A stretch of 64,000 nt of DNA, from assembly GCA_045637205.1 (NCBI GenBank), contig JAZTYY010000082.1:8822-72821 (forward strand), given 5' to 3'. The notes under the pieces are model-generated. The model was not told the DNA's origin. It saw only the letters and a list, made by a program, of their open reading frames with translations, and made no database searches. This DNA comes from Eubacteriales bacterium. GTDB taxonomy: Bacteria; Bacillota; Clostridia; Oscillospirales; CAG-272. Every line of letters begins with the position of its first letter. The stretch's first letter is position 1. This document shows, piece by piece, positions 9,377 through 19,245 of this stretch. A program made the translations under genes and the position numbers.

Positions 9377-12300
9377 ATGTCTGATTTTGTACATTTGCAT
9401 TTACATAGTGAATATAGCTTGCTTGACGGTGCATGTAGAATAAAGGAAATACCGAAAAGAGCTAAAGAATGCGGACACGATGCGGTAGCACTTACCGACC
9501 ACGGTGTTCTTTTTGGCGCGCCTGCCTTTCTTTCCGCTTGCAAAAAAGAGGGAATTAAGGGCATTGTTGGATGTGAGGTTTACGTTGCACCAAAGTCGCG
9601 CTTTGATAAGAGTAGCGGAAATGCGCACCCATATCATCTTGTTTTGCTTTGCAAAAATGAAGTGGGTTACAAAAACCTTTTGCAAATGGTTTCATTATCC
9701 TATACCGAGGGCTTTTATTCAAAGCCGAGGGTGGATATGGAGCTGCTCAAGAGATTTAGTGAGGGTCTTATTGCGCTTTCGGCCTGCCTTGCAGGTAGAA
9801 TTTCAAGAAGCCTCACCGCAGGGGATTTCGATATGGCAAAGCAAGCGGCGCTTGAATATGCTGAAATCTTTGGTAAGGACAATTTCTATATTGAAATCCA
9901 AAACCACGGATTTGAAGAGCAAAAGCAAATCTTACCCGACCTTGTGCAGCTTGCCAAGGAGTGTGATTTGCCACTTGTTGCGACAAACGACTGTCACTAT
10001 CTCCGTCGCAGAGACGCCGATACACAGGCAATTTTGATGTGCATTCAGATGAATAAGGTCATCACTGACGGACGTCCCATTGGCTTTGAAACTGACGAAT
10101 TTTATTACAAAAATACTGATGAAATGAAGCTCCTTTTCTCTAAATACGAGGGGGCTATTGAAAACACGGTTAAGATTGCCGAAAGATGTAATCTTGAGCT
10201 TGAAAATAAAGGATTTATCCTTCCCAAATACCCCGTGCCAAACGGTAAGGGGGCAGGGGAATATTTGCGTTCCCTTGTACTTTTGGGACTTGAAAAACGC
10301 GAGAAAAACGGCACAATTTTCTATAAAAATCACAGTAAAGATGAGTATCTTGAAAGAATTGATTACGAGCTTTCAGTTATAGATTCAATGGGCTATAGCG
10401 ACTATTTCCTCATTGTTTGGGATTACGTTAACTTTGCCCGTTCAAAGCAAATTCCCGTGGGGCCCGGAAGAGGCTCTGGAGCAGGAAGCCTTGTGGCGTA
10501 TTTGCTCTATATTACCGACATCGACCCAATTGCTTTTGACCTTTTGTTTGAAAGATTCCTCAATCCCGAGCGCGTGTCCATGCCCGATATTGATATGGAC
10601 TTTTGCTATAATAGACGCGACGAGATTATTGAATACGTTAAAGAAAAATACGGTAGTGACCATGTTTCACAAATTGCGACCTTCGGAACACTTGCAGCCA
10701 AGGCTGCAATACGCGATACGGGACGTGCTATGGGTATGAGCTATGCCGAGGTTGACGCGGTGGCAACAAAGATACCGCGTGTGCTTGGAATTACGCTTGA
10801 AGATGCTTTGCTAGATCCCGATTTTAAAGCAAAGTATGACGAGAGTGATCAAAATAAGAAGCTTATAGACACTGCAATGGCACTGGAGGGAATGCCACGA
10901 AACGTTAGTATTCACGCAGCGGGAATTGTCATTACCGATAAGCCACTTTATAACTATGTGCCACTTGCTTTAAGCAACGGAATGACAATAACTCAATACG
11001 ATATGGATGCCGTTGCAGACCTTGGACTTCTAAAGTTCGATTTTTTGGCACTTCGTTATTTGACTATTGTCAATGATGCGGTTTTGCAAATAAAAGAGAA
11101 CAATCCCGATTTTGATATTGAAAAAATTCCACTTGACGATAAGGATACCTATGACCTTATCGGTACGGGTATGACTGAGGGTATTTTCCAGCTTGAAAGC
11201 GCAGGCATGCGTCAATTCTTGTCTGAACTTAAGCCCAAAAATCTTGAGGATATTATTATTGCAATATCTCTTTATAGACCAGGGCCCATGGATTCAATTC
11301 CTCACTATATTGAGTGTCGTGAAAATCCCGAAAAGATTGAATATCCATTGCCAATGCTTGAGGACGTATTGAAATCCACCTCGGGTGTTGTGGTATATCA
11401 AGAGCAGGTAATGAGCATTTTCCGTATGGTTGCAGGTTACACCTTTGGACATGCCGATATTGTCCGTCGTGCTATGTCTAAAAAGAAACACGATGTGCTT
11501 GAAGCCGAAAGGGGAGCATTCATTGATGGTGCAATTTCTCGCGGAGTGGACGGCAAAAGGGCTGAGAAGCTCTTTAACGATATGATTAGCTTTGCAAACT
11601 ATGCCTTTAACAAGAGCCACGCAGCAGCTTACTCAATAATTTCATATCGCACGGCATATCTTAAAACTCACTATCCAAAGGAATATTTTGCAGCACTTTT
11701 AACTAGTGTGCTTGGCAATATGCCAAAGATTGCTGAATATATTTCCGATTGCTCAAAGCTCGGCATTGGTGTTTTGCCACCTGACATAAATAAGAGTGAA
11801 ATGTATTTCCACGTTAGTGAAAATAATATTCGTTTTGGCCTTTTGGCAATAAAGAACGTTGGTCAAAGCTTTGTTGCAAATGCAATTAAGGAAAGAAAGA
11901 GAAGACCCTTCTCCTCATTTGACGATTTTATCGATAGAATGAGTGATTACGATATGAATAAGCGCCAGGTTGAGTCTCTTATTAAGAGTGGTGCGATGGA
12001 TAGACTTGGAAAGCACCGCAGTCAGCTTATGGCAAGCTTTGAGGCTATAATTGACGGCGCGACAAGTAAGCGTGGCAATAATATTGCAGGTCAGCTCGAC
12101 TTTTTCTCAATGGCTGAGGGGCTTGACACAGGGCTTTCATTTAAATATCCCGATTTGCCTGAAATTCCACTTGCGATTCGACTTGCGCAGGAGAAGGAGG
12201 CAACCGGACTTTACTTCTCAGGGCACCCACTTGATTCCTATCGCGAGCATATTGATGACGTCCCACACGAAGAAATAGTTGCTCTGGGTGAAAATGAGGA

Positions 12301-12871
12301 GTCAGGAGAACGCAAATTTATAAATATTGTGGGTATGGTGAACTCGGTTACCACCAAAATGACGCGAAACGGTGACAAAATGGCATTTTTCACACTTGGT
12401 GACCGTTACGGTGAAATTGAGTGCATCGCGTTTGCGCGCACCTATACTCAAGTGGCAAGATTTATAAATGAGGATGCAGCACTTATCGTAAACGGAACGT
12501 TGCAATTTAGAGAGGATGAGGACGTTAAATTCATCGTTTCAAGTGTAAAGCCACTTCAAAGAAATGGTGAATACGTTAAAAGTGATGAAAATAAGGCGAT
12601 GCAGCCTCAAAAGCATGAGGAAAAGAAGCACGTTTTTGGTGGCGTGCAGCAAAGGGCTAAAAAGCTCTATTTGAGAGTGCCGAGCCTTATCTGTGATGAG
12701 TTTGTCAAGGCCAAAAATATCGTTGAGATTTTTGAGGGTGAAACTGAGGTTATCTTCTTTGATAGCTCAGTTAAGCAGTATCACCCATCAGGTCTTGGCT
12801 TTGATATGACTGAATATACAATTAAAGAACTCAAAACCCTTCTCGGTGACGATAACGTGGTGGCAAAATAA
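9377..12871 (+). CDS. dnaE: DNA polymerase III alpha subunit (DnaE type)
   Basis: 1164 aa. It has an N-terminal PHP domain (FVHLHLHSEYSLLDGA), a polymerase core (GPGRGSGAGSLVAY, PDIDMDF) and an OB fold near the C-terminus. Confidence 0.95.
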   Translation: MSDFVHLHLHSEYSLLDGACRIKEIPKRAKECGHDAVALTDHGVLFGAPAFLSACKKEGIKGIVGCEVYVAPKSRFDKSSGNAHPYHLVLLCKNEVGYKNLLQMVSLSYTEGFYSKPRVDMELLKRFSEGLIALSACLAGRISRSLTAGDFDMAKQAALEYAEIFGKDNFYIEIQNHGFEEQKQILPDLVQLAKECDLPLVATNDCHYLRRRDADTQAILMCIQMNKVITDGRPIGFETDEFYYKNTDEMKLLFSKYEGAIENTVKIAERCNLELENKGFILPKYPVPNGKGAGEYLRSLVLLGLEKREKNGTIFYKNHSKDEYLERIDYELSVIDSMGYSDYFLIVWDYVNFARSKQIPVGPGRGSGAGSLVAYLLYITDIDPIAFDLLFERFLNPERVSMPDIDMDFCYNRRDEIIEYVKEKYGSDHVSQIATFGTLAAKAAIRDTGRAMGMSYAEVDAVATKIPRVLGITLEDALLDPDFKAKYDESDQNKKLIDTAMALEGMPRNVSIHAAGIVITDKPLYNYVPLALSNGMTITQYDMDAVADLGLLKFDFLALRYLTIVNDAVLQIKENNPDFDIEKIPLDDKDTYDLIGTGMTEGIFQLESAGMRQFLSELKPKNLEDIIIAISLYRPGPMDSIPHYIECRENPEKIEYPLPMLEDVLKSTSGVVVYQEQVMSIFRMVAGYTFGHADIVRRAMSKKKHDVLEAERGAFIDGAISRGVDGKRAEKLFNDMISFANYAFNKSHAAAYSIISYRTAYLKTHYPKEYFAALLTSVLGNMPKIAEYISDCSKLGIGVLPPDINKSEMYFHVSENNIRFGLLAIKNVGQSFVANAIKERKRRPFSSFDDFIDRMSDYDMNKRQVESLIKSGAMDRLGKHRSQLMASFEAIIDGATSKRGNNIAGQLDFFSMAEGLDTGLSFKYPDLPEIPLAIRLAQEKEATGLYFSGHPLDSYREHIDDVPHEEIVALGENEESGERKFINIVGMVNSVTTKMTRNGDKMAFFTLGDRYGEIECIAFARTYTQVARFINEDAALIVNGTLQFREDEDVKFIVSSVKPLQRNGEYVKSDENKAMQPQKHEEKKHVFGGVQQRAKKLYLRVPSLICDEFVKAKNIVEIFEGETEVIFFDSSVKQYHPSGLGFDMTEYTIKELKTLLGDDNVVAK

Positions 12872-12898
12872 AAAGGAGAGCTCTGCTCTCCTTTTTTG
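12870..12898. terminator. Bidirectional rho-independent terminator between dnaE and the glycosyltransferase gene
   Basis: The sequence is AAAAAGGAGAGC-tct-GCTCTCCTTTTTT, with an A-run on one side and a T-run on the other. Confidence 0.85.
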
Positions 12899-12904
12899 TT
12901 GCAT

Positions 12905-14020
12905 TTATCGGTTTGGTTTCTTCATCTCTTTTAAATAAAACCTCGTCATTTTTTGACACATAATTTTTGAGTTTAGTTCTTTTTTATATCTCTTTATCGC
13001 ACCTTGGGAGCACTTTTGGTACAAATCCTCGTCTTTATAGAGTCTGATTATCGCATTTGCAAGGGCTTTTGCATTTCTTTGTGGAAAGAGAAGGCCGTTT
13101 TCTTCGTTTTTTACCATATAGGGATTGCCACCGATATTGCTGGCAACAGTTGGAATACCAAGGCTCATTCCCTCGGACAGTGAAAGGGAAGCCGTCTCAC
13201 TTTCATATGAGCAATTAACGTTGACGTCGGTTATATTAAAAATTGGCGCAACGTCATCGGCAAAGCCAAGAAATTTAACCGTATTATCAATCTTTAACTC
13301 GGTGGCATATTTTTTTAGATTTTGCTCAAAGCTGCCCGTCCCGACTATGAAAAAGCGCATATTTGGACATTGTTTTTTGCATATTTTTGCCGCCTCAATC
13401 AAGGTTTTGTGCCCTTTTATTTCTTCAAGCCTTGCAAAGTAGGAAATAACGAAATTCTCTTTATTTAAGCCGTATTTTTCTCGCAAATATGCCTTTTCGT
13501 CATCATTTATATAACGCAAAGGGGCACAACCGTTTATGATAGTTGTTATTCTTTTTTCGTCACATCCAAGCTCTATTAAGTGCCGTTTTGTGTATGGTGA
13601 AACTGCGATAATTGAGGTTGAAAGCACGTTATTTATCACTCTAAAAGACCATTTTGAAAATGAATTTTTCATATATTTTGGCACTTTTGGGGCACAATGA
13701 CGAGTGAAAACGCGACAGGTAATATTTAAAATTTTGGCGGCAATTCTTGAAGAAAGTGAGCCGTGCGAATGTACTGTGTCGGGGCGCACTTTTTTGATGA
13801 TTTTATAGGCTTCAAAGACGCCCTTTAGTGAAAAGGATTTATCAGCGCAACTGTTTAATTCAATTGTTTTGCAGGGGAGCTTTTTTGCTAACGCGCTACC
13901 ACTTGGAAGGGCAACGGTCACGTCAAATTTCTCGTTATCAAGCCCACGTATTTGTTCAAGCAGCAATTTACCTGCACCACCTATATTTGTGTCGGTTATA
14001 AAATGAAGTATTTTTATCAT
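12905..14020 (-). CDS. Glycosyltransferase family 4 (GT-B, RfaB-like)
   Basis: The N-terminus is MIKILHFITDTNIGGAG and the C-terminal E-x7-E region reads ESETASLSLSEGMSLGIPTVASNIGG. I chose the ATG at 14020 (AGGA RBS) over 14077. Confidence 0.8.
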   Translation of the reverse strand: MIKILHFITDTNIGGAGKLLLEQIRGLDNEKFDVTVALPSGSALAKKLPCKTIELNSCADKSFSLKGVFEAYKIIKKVRPDTVHSHGSLSSRIAAKILNITCRVFTRHCAPKVPKYMKNSFSKWSFRVINNVLSTSIIAVSPYTKRHLIELGCDEKRITTIINGCAPLRYINDDEKAYLREKYGLNKENFVISYFARLEEIKGHKTLIEAAKICKKQCPNMRFFIVGTGSFEQNLKKYATELKIDNTVKFLGFADDVAPIFNITDVNVNCSYESETASLSLSEGMSLGIPTVASNIGGNPYMVKNEENGLLFPQRNAKALANAIIRLYKDEDLYQKCSQGAIKRYKKELNSKIMCQKMTRFYLKEMKKPNR

Positions 14021-14116
14021 AATTATTCCTGCCTTAAGCTTTGTGTAAGTATGTATTAAGACCTGCCAGCATTTCATGAGCTATCAAAATATTATGTGCA
14101 AACTTTTAAAAAAATA

Positions 14117-14145
14117 TTGCAATTGTGTGAAAAATGTGTTATCAT
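14117..14145 (+). promoter_or_regulatory. Sigma-A type promoter for the LuxR-type regulator gene
   Basis: TTGCAA (14117-14122), 17-nt spacer, then TGtTATCAT with the -10 hexamer at 14140-14145. Confidence 0.55.
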
Positions 14146-14156
14146 AAAACAAGAAA

Positions 14157-14205
14157 GTTCGTTTATACGAACAAAATCAATTGTATATAGTTCGCAATTG
14201 CGAAC
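14157..14205 (+). promoter_or_regulatory. Two GTTCG-N6-CGAAC palindromes (candidate operator pair)
   Basis: GTTCGTTTATACGAAC lies at 14157-14172 and GTTCGCAATTGCGAAC at 14190-14205. Their starts are 33 bp apart, just downstream of the -10 element. Confidence 0.5.
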
Positions 14206-14254
14206 CAAATGCAGGGCTGAAAACTCGATTTTTTACGATATTTTGGAGGTGTAT

Positions 14255-15478
14255 ATGAATTATATTTCCGTAAAAGAGGCGTCGGCTAAATGGGGAGTAA
14301 CTCCAAGACGCGTGCAAATATTGTGTAGCAAAAATGAAATTAAGGGAGCAAGTAGATTTGGCAAGAGCTGGATGATTCCTGAGTCAGCAGTTCTTCCAAG
14401 CTCGGCAAAAAAGGGTGAGGAGCCACATTTACCAATGCCGCGAAAGAGTCCATTTTTAGATATGACCGACCTTTATAATAGGGTTGGTGGAGCTGATGAT
14501 TGTGCTGAAATGCTTATAAATAACCCTGAGGCTTATGCACTTTTCAAGGCGCAAATTGCTTATAGAAGGGGAGAGATTGCGCAGGTTTATAAGTACGCGC
14601 GTTATTTTCTTGACTCACATTCGGGCTTTTATGCAATACTTGGCGCAGGCATGCTTTTGGCATCAGTTGCCATTTGGAGTGGGGATAAAAATATTTGGTA
14701 TGAGGCAAAGAAGCACATTTGTGAAGCGCCCTGCAAGACTGAGCAGGAGAGGGATATTATTTCACTTACACTTGCAGTAATTGACAGCTCAATTTATGAT
14801 AACAAAGACTATCCCGAGTGGTTTACAGTAGGTAATTTTGAAAAATTACCACCCGAATCCCACCCCGTAGCAAAGGTTTTTTACGTTAAACAAATGTCCA
14901 TTTCAGCATTTGAGGTTGCTTTGCGAGAAAACAAGAGTCCCGATATGCAGGGACTTACTATGATGAGGATGATGCCAAGGGTTATTGAGCCCCTTATAAG
15001 CCAAGCGGTGGTTGATAAAACGGTAATTCCGGAGATATATCTTCGATTAAGCTGTGCAGTTTCATACCACAACACAGGTGATGATGAGCGAGCAATTCAT
15101 CATATAGACAGGGCAATTGCACTTGCTTTACCCGATAAGCTGTACGGCATTCTTACGGAGTACGTTCGTCATTTCGGTGGCTTGCTTGAGGAGAGAATTG
15201 AAATTGTGGATCAAGATGCTGCCGAAAGAATTAAAGAGATGAGCTCAGTATACACTAAGAATTGGGCAAAGCTTGCATCTCAAATCAGAAACAAGCCCAT
15301 TGCAACAAACTTGACTCCCAAGGAGCACAAAATTGCAAAGCTTTCGGCATTCGGCTTCTCAACGAAGGATATTGCATCGCTTCTTTTGGTGTCAGAATCA
15401 ACCGTTAAGCAAACCATTGCTCGAATCATAAATAAGACGGGAATTCAAGATAAGGACGAAATTTATACTATACTTTAA
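14255..15478 (+). CDS. Transcriptional regulator with an N-terminal excisionase/MerR-like HTH and a C-terminal LuxR-type HTH
   Basis: The N-terminus is MNYISVKEASAKWGVTPRRVQILC and the C-terminus is LTPKEHKIAKLSAFGFSTKDIASLLLVSESTVKQTIARI. I chose the ATG at 14255 (GGAGG RBS) over 14096. Confidence 0.8.
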   Translation: MNYISVKEASAKWGVTPRRVQILCSKNEIKGASRFGKSWMIPESAVLPSSAKKGEEPHLPMPRKSPFLDMTDLYNRVGGADDCAEMLINNPEAYALFKAQIAYRRGEIAQVYKYARYFLDSHSGFYAILGAGMLLASVAIWSGDKNIWYEAKKHICEAPCKTEQERDIISLTLAVIDSSIYDNKDYPEWFTVGNFEKLPPESHPVAKVFYVKQMSISAFEVALRENKSPDMQGLTMMRMMPRVIEPLISQAVVDKTVIPEIYLRLSCAVSYHNTGDDERAIHHIDRAIALALPDKLYGILTEYVRHFGGLLEERIEIVDQDAAERIKEMSSVYTKNWAKLASQIRNKPIATNLTPKEHKIAKLSAFGFSTKDIASLLLVSESTVKQTIARIINKTGIQDKDEIYTIL

Positions 15479-15554
15479 TTGTCCGAAAACGACCATAAAA
15501 AGACAAAAAAATATGTCTAAAAAAGACCTTTTTGGATGTGTACAAGAAAAAAAT

Positions 15555-15602
15555 AATCTGCTATACTTTTCTTATCGAAGAAAGCTATGGCAGATTTTTT
15601 AT
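15555..15602 (+). terminator. Rho-independent terminator after the LuxR-type gene
   Basis: AATCTGCTATA pairs with TATGGCAGATT (11 bp, one G-U pair) and is followed by TTTTTTATTT. Confidence 0.65.
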
Positions 15603-15709
15603 TTGTAAAGGGGAGCCTCCTTGAAGAATTAATGGTATTTGTTATTGAAATATGACGCCTTAGTCTTTTAGTTAAATTAGTAAAAACATGCAAAAAGGAG
15701 AAACAAATT

Positions 15710-18700
15710 ATGAAAACAAACAAAATGAGGATTGTGAGCTTTATACTTACTTTCGTATTGCTCATAAACGTGCTTGGCATTGTGCCATTTACAGTTGGTG
15801 CAACTGAAATAGAGCACAGCCACGAATCCGCGCTTGAAGATAGGGAATACTTGACTCTTCCCGAATTTGAGTTTCCAAGTGAAACTTATTTGGATTTTTC
15901 GGATTTTGATATTCCAACTGATGAAATTCAAGCGCTTTTCCCCGAAACGATAGAAATTAAATACGAAAACGGTATTTATTACGTTGAGGACATTGGAGCA
16001 GAGAGCGTTTATTTGATTTCAACATATGATTATCATACTAATACCAACGCTACGTATGATAACGGTTATTGGATGTTTGAGGTTTCAGAGGAACAAGCAA
16101 CAGAGACAATTCACGCGTATTTTTCGGGTGTGGACGGTTGGGACATCACATACTATGATGGCGAAAGAAGCTCGTATATCGAAATTGAATCTGATGACGG
16201 AGACCAAATGCTTAGTCTTCAATTTGAGGTCGACGGAAGTATATACTGTAATATTTCATACGTGCTCCCCGGTAATGTACTAGTCAATAGCCATTATTTT
16301 AATGGTGAAGCTTATGATCACAGTCTTACCACTTGGTTAAACGGTGAGAACTTTCAAATGAATTATAACATTGATGGAAGTGCGAAATATTTTGAATATT
16401 ACTGTACTGAAAGTGGCTATTTGTATCTTTTAGAACAGGGTTGGTCATCAAGCTACGCGGAATACGTGCCTTGTGATCCTCCTGAGGGGCGTGAGGATTG
16501 GACTCTTGATAGATTAGTTGATATTATTCCTCACGATATTGAGGGAAACTATGTTGTCCCCGTTATTGAAAGCATGTCGGTTGTAGTGGACGGAGTTGAA
16601 TACCAAGAGGGAATTGTTCCAATCTATAGGGATAGTATAGTTGAAGTAAAGGTTTACGGAAATAATTTACATAGAGCCTCCCATAGATATGGAGTGCAAT
16701 TATCCTATATTGCATTTGATATGGACTATGCAACGACTTGGTATATAAATGAGTCCGCTGATATTGCAACAAAGTTGATTGATCCTAGCTACTATTCATA
16801 TTTTTATGAATGGTCCACGGTTGAATATTTTGAAGATGGTAATTCAACTGACACGAATCTCTTTCTTAGTTTTCTTAATTGCAGAGAACACGATAGAAGT
16901 GGTGAGCAGACCTGTAACGGATATTATTGCTCATACTGTGAAGAATACTTCGGTGAGTCAAATGACAATCACAACTTAGATACGAAGCAAACCTGTTTAG
17001 GTTATTGGTGCAAGGATTGTCTTACATGGCAGGGAGAGGCTGCAAATGAGCATACAGGACTTAGTGATAAGCCAAGCTGTTGTGGATACTATTGCTCTGA
17101 TTGTAATACGTTTATAGGCGACGAAATAGGCGACCACGTAGATGAAAATAATGACACAAAAATCAATGTATGTGATTATTGTGAGGAATACATTGGCTCA
17201 GAATCCATTATTTTAGGTGAAAATATCGTTTCTGGTGTTGAATCTTCATGGGTATATATGAGCTTCGTTGCAACGGAAAGTGAAGTATATACTATTTATT
17301 CCACAGGTGACAACGATCCTGCAATTGAAATATATGATGAAAATATGACTACTTTAAAGTCAAATGATGATATTTCTGATACTGAATATAATTTCTTAGT
17401 TAATTGTTATTTTGAGGAAGGCAAAACCTATTATTTGGCATTTTATGCTTTCGGTCACGATTTTGATATTAACATAACTGTTGCAAGACATACTCACGAG
17501 GGCACGGAGACTGACTGCCGTGGCACCTATTGTATACATTGTGAATATTATTTTGGAGATCCTGATACAAGCATTCATCATGATGGCAACGACAGCAATA
17601 TAAATCTTTGTGATTACTGTAACACATATCTTTTGGATTCTGACATAGATATTGGTGTCACTGAAATTTCCGCAAACAGTCACTCTCTTATTTTCTATCG
17701 TATAATTCCCGAGGAAAGTGGTACTTATACAATTTACTCAACCTCTAATTCCGACCCCTTACTTTATTTGTATAATGACGTTCTTCTTGAAATGGAATAT
17801 TCGGATGACGTGAATGACTATGATTTCTATATGACTTGTGAACTTGAAGCAGGAAAAACCTATTATTTGTGTTTCTACGATTATGATGCTCCTGCTTCGT
17901 ATACGGTAACTATAGAATTTCACAAGCACGAATTTGACCTTTTTACATGTTTGGGGTATGTATGTGGATGTGGCTATGTTGATGAGGAACCAAATGATAA
18001 TCACAAATTAATCGGTGAGATTACTTGTATTGGATATGAGTGTGAGTATTGTGGAGAATTCTTTGGTGAAGTTGATCCCGATGCACACATTTGGTATTAC
18101 GGCTATTGCTCTTACCACGTGGACGTAGAATTTCCCGAGGACGTTGCTTGTGAGCACTCCTGGTATGAGGGAGATTGTATTATTTGTGGTGAAGAGCACG
18201 ATTGTGCTTCGGAAGATTTTGATGAATACGGCTTTTGCGTAATTTGTAACGAAGACGCAGGATTTATAGTTACAACAAATGGTGTAAGCCGATATTACAA
18301 GGGCTTTACAGCTGCACTTGCAGCAGCCGTTGACGGCAGTGTTCTTACCTTGCTTGAAAATCGCATAACTTCAAGTGTTTATGATATTCATAAGGATATA
18401 GTTTTTGATGCCAACGGATTTAGATTCCGAACACGTGACGGTGGAGCGCTTAACGTTTACGCAAACGTGATTTTTGTGGGTTCAAGCTTTGGAGTATTTG
18501 ATTGTACTATTAACGTATACGAGAAATGCAATTTTATTAACGGTGAATATTCGGAAATCAATCTTTACAATGGTTTGAAATATTCAGATGTTATTTACGC
18601 TTGCTCATACGCCAATATGTATGATTATATTAAAGACACTTTTATCAATCTTAATTCTATACAGATGGATGCAAAAGACGATATTGGTGCATTTGTTCTC

Positions 18701-19030
18701 TATAACGATGACCCACATCACGTTTGGAAAGTTGATGTAGAGAGTGCTACTTGTACTGAAAATACAGTTGAAACAACCTATTGCATTTACTGTGCTGAGG
18801 TTACCGAAATTAACGAGCTTGAGGACTCTGCAACAGGGCATCGCTTTGCTGGTAATTACAACGAGGGAACTAAATCCTGTGTTAATTGTGGTTTGACTGA
18901 GTATTCAAAGATCTATAGCGGTGATATAGGAAAAGAGCTTGGTGCTCAAATTGTAAACTATGCTTATGACTTTTTAAAGAATTTGATTTCTGAATTTATA
19001 GGGGATAAACTTGAATTTCTTTATGAATAG
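15710..19030 (+). CDS. Secreted Cys-rich repeat protein with two PPC-like beta-sandwich repeats; function unknown
   Basis: 1106 aa. The signal peptide is MKTNKMRIVSFILTFVLLINVLGIVPFTVGA. Six copies of a (T/S)C-x-GY-x-C-x2-C..G..H motif fall within aa 400-790. Two ~95-aa repeats (..YTIYSTGDNDPAIEIYD..GKTYYLAFY.. and ..YTIYSTSNSDPLLYLYN..GKTYYLCFY..) resemble pre-peptidase C-terminal domains. Confidence 0.7.
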   Translation: MKTNKMRIVSFILTFVLLINVLGIVPFTVGATEIEHSHESALEDREYLTLPEFEFPSETYLDFSDFDIPTDEIQALFPETIEIKYENGIYYVEDIGAESVYLISTYDYHTNTNATYDNGYWMFEVSEEQATETIHAYFSGVDGWDITYYDGERSSYIEIESDDGDQMLSLQFEVDGSIYCNISYVLPGNVLVNSHYFNGEAYDHSLTTWLNGENFQMNYNIDGSAKYFEYYCTESGYLYLLEQGWSSSYAEYVPCDPPEGREDWTLDRLVDIIPHDIEGNYVVPVIESMSVVVDGVEYQEGIVPIYRDSIVEVKVYGNNLHRASHRYGVQLSYIAFDMDYATTWYINESADIATKLIDPSYYSYFYEWSTVEYFEDGNSTDTNLFLSFLNCREHDRSGEQTCNGYYCSYCEEYFGESNDNHNLDTKQTCLGYWCKDCLTWQGEAANEHTGLSDKPSCCGYYCSDCNTFIGDEIGDHVDENNDTKINVCDYCEEYIGSESIILGENIVSGVESSWVYMSFVATESEVYTIYSTGDNDPAIEIYDENMTTLKSNDDISDTEYNFLVNCYFEEGKTYYLAFYAFGHDFDINITVARHTHEGTETDCRGTYCIHCEYYFGDPDTSIHHDGNDSNINLCDYCNTYLLDSDIDIGVTEISANSHSLIFYRIIPEESGTYTIYSTSNSDPLLYLYNDVLLEMEYSDDVNDYDFYMTCELEAGKTYYLCFYDYDAPASYTVTIEFHKHEFDLFTCLGYVCGCGYVDEEPNDNHKLIGEITCIGYECEYCGEFFGEVDPDAHIWYYGYCSYHVDVEFPEDVACEHSWYEGDCIICGEEHDCASEDFDEYGFCVICNEDAGFIVTTNGVSRYYKGFTAALAAAVDGSVLTLLENRITSSVYDIHKDIVFDANGFRFRTRDGGALNVYANVIFVGSSFGVFDCTINVYEKCNFINGEYSEINLYNGLKYSDVIYACSYANMYDYIKDTFINLNSIQMDAKDDIGAFVLYNDDPHHVWKVDVESATCTENTVETTYCIYCAEVTEINELEDSATGHRFAGNYNEGTKSCVNCGLTEYSKIYSGDIGKELGAQIVNYAYDFLKNLISEFIGDKLEFLYE

Positions 19031-19059
19031 AACAAAATAACTTAACGAACATTTTCCTT

Positions 19060-19108
19060 GCGGGGAGGTTTCTTTAATAATTTGTTTTCCTCCTCCCCGC
19101 ATCTTTTT
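19060..19108 (+). terminator. Rho-independent terminator (first of a tandem pair)
   Basis: GCGGGGAGG pairs with CCTCCCCGC and is followed by ATCTTTTT. Confidence 0.8.
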
Positions 19109-19119
19109 CATATACCTTT

Positions 19120-19160
19120 CCCCCTTACGTTAATTCGTGAGGGGGGAGGTTTTTATTTTC
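19120..19160 (+). terminator. Rho-independent terminator (second of a tandem pair)
   Basis: CCCCCTTACG-ttaatt-CGTGAGGGGG is followed by AGGTTTTTATTTT. Confidence 0.7.
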
Positions 19161-19173
19161 GTTTAAAAATGTC

Positions 19174-19202
19174 TTGATATTATTAAAGATTAGTGATATA
19201 AT
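19174..19202 (+). promoter_or_regulatory. Sigma-A type promoter for galK
   Basis: TTGATA (19174-19179), 17-nt spacer, then TGaTATAAT with TATAAT at 19197-19202. Confidence 0.65.
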
Positions 19203-19245
19203 TAAAATGACTTATTATGCGATTTCTTTTTTGAGGAGGTTAAAA

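Noticed and set aside
15517-15931. Two minus-strand ORFs (87 and 84 aa) across the start of the 1106-aa gene
   Set aside because: They overlap the terminator, the promoter region and the signal-peptide coding part of a strongly supported plus-strand gene. They have no RBS and an implausible composition.
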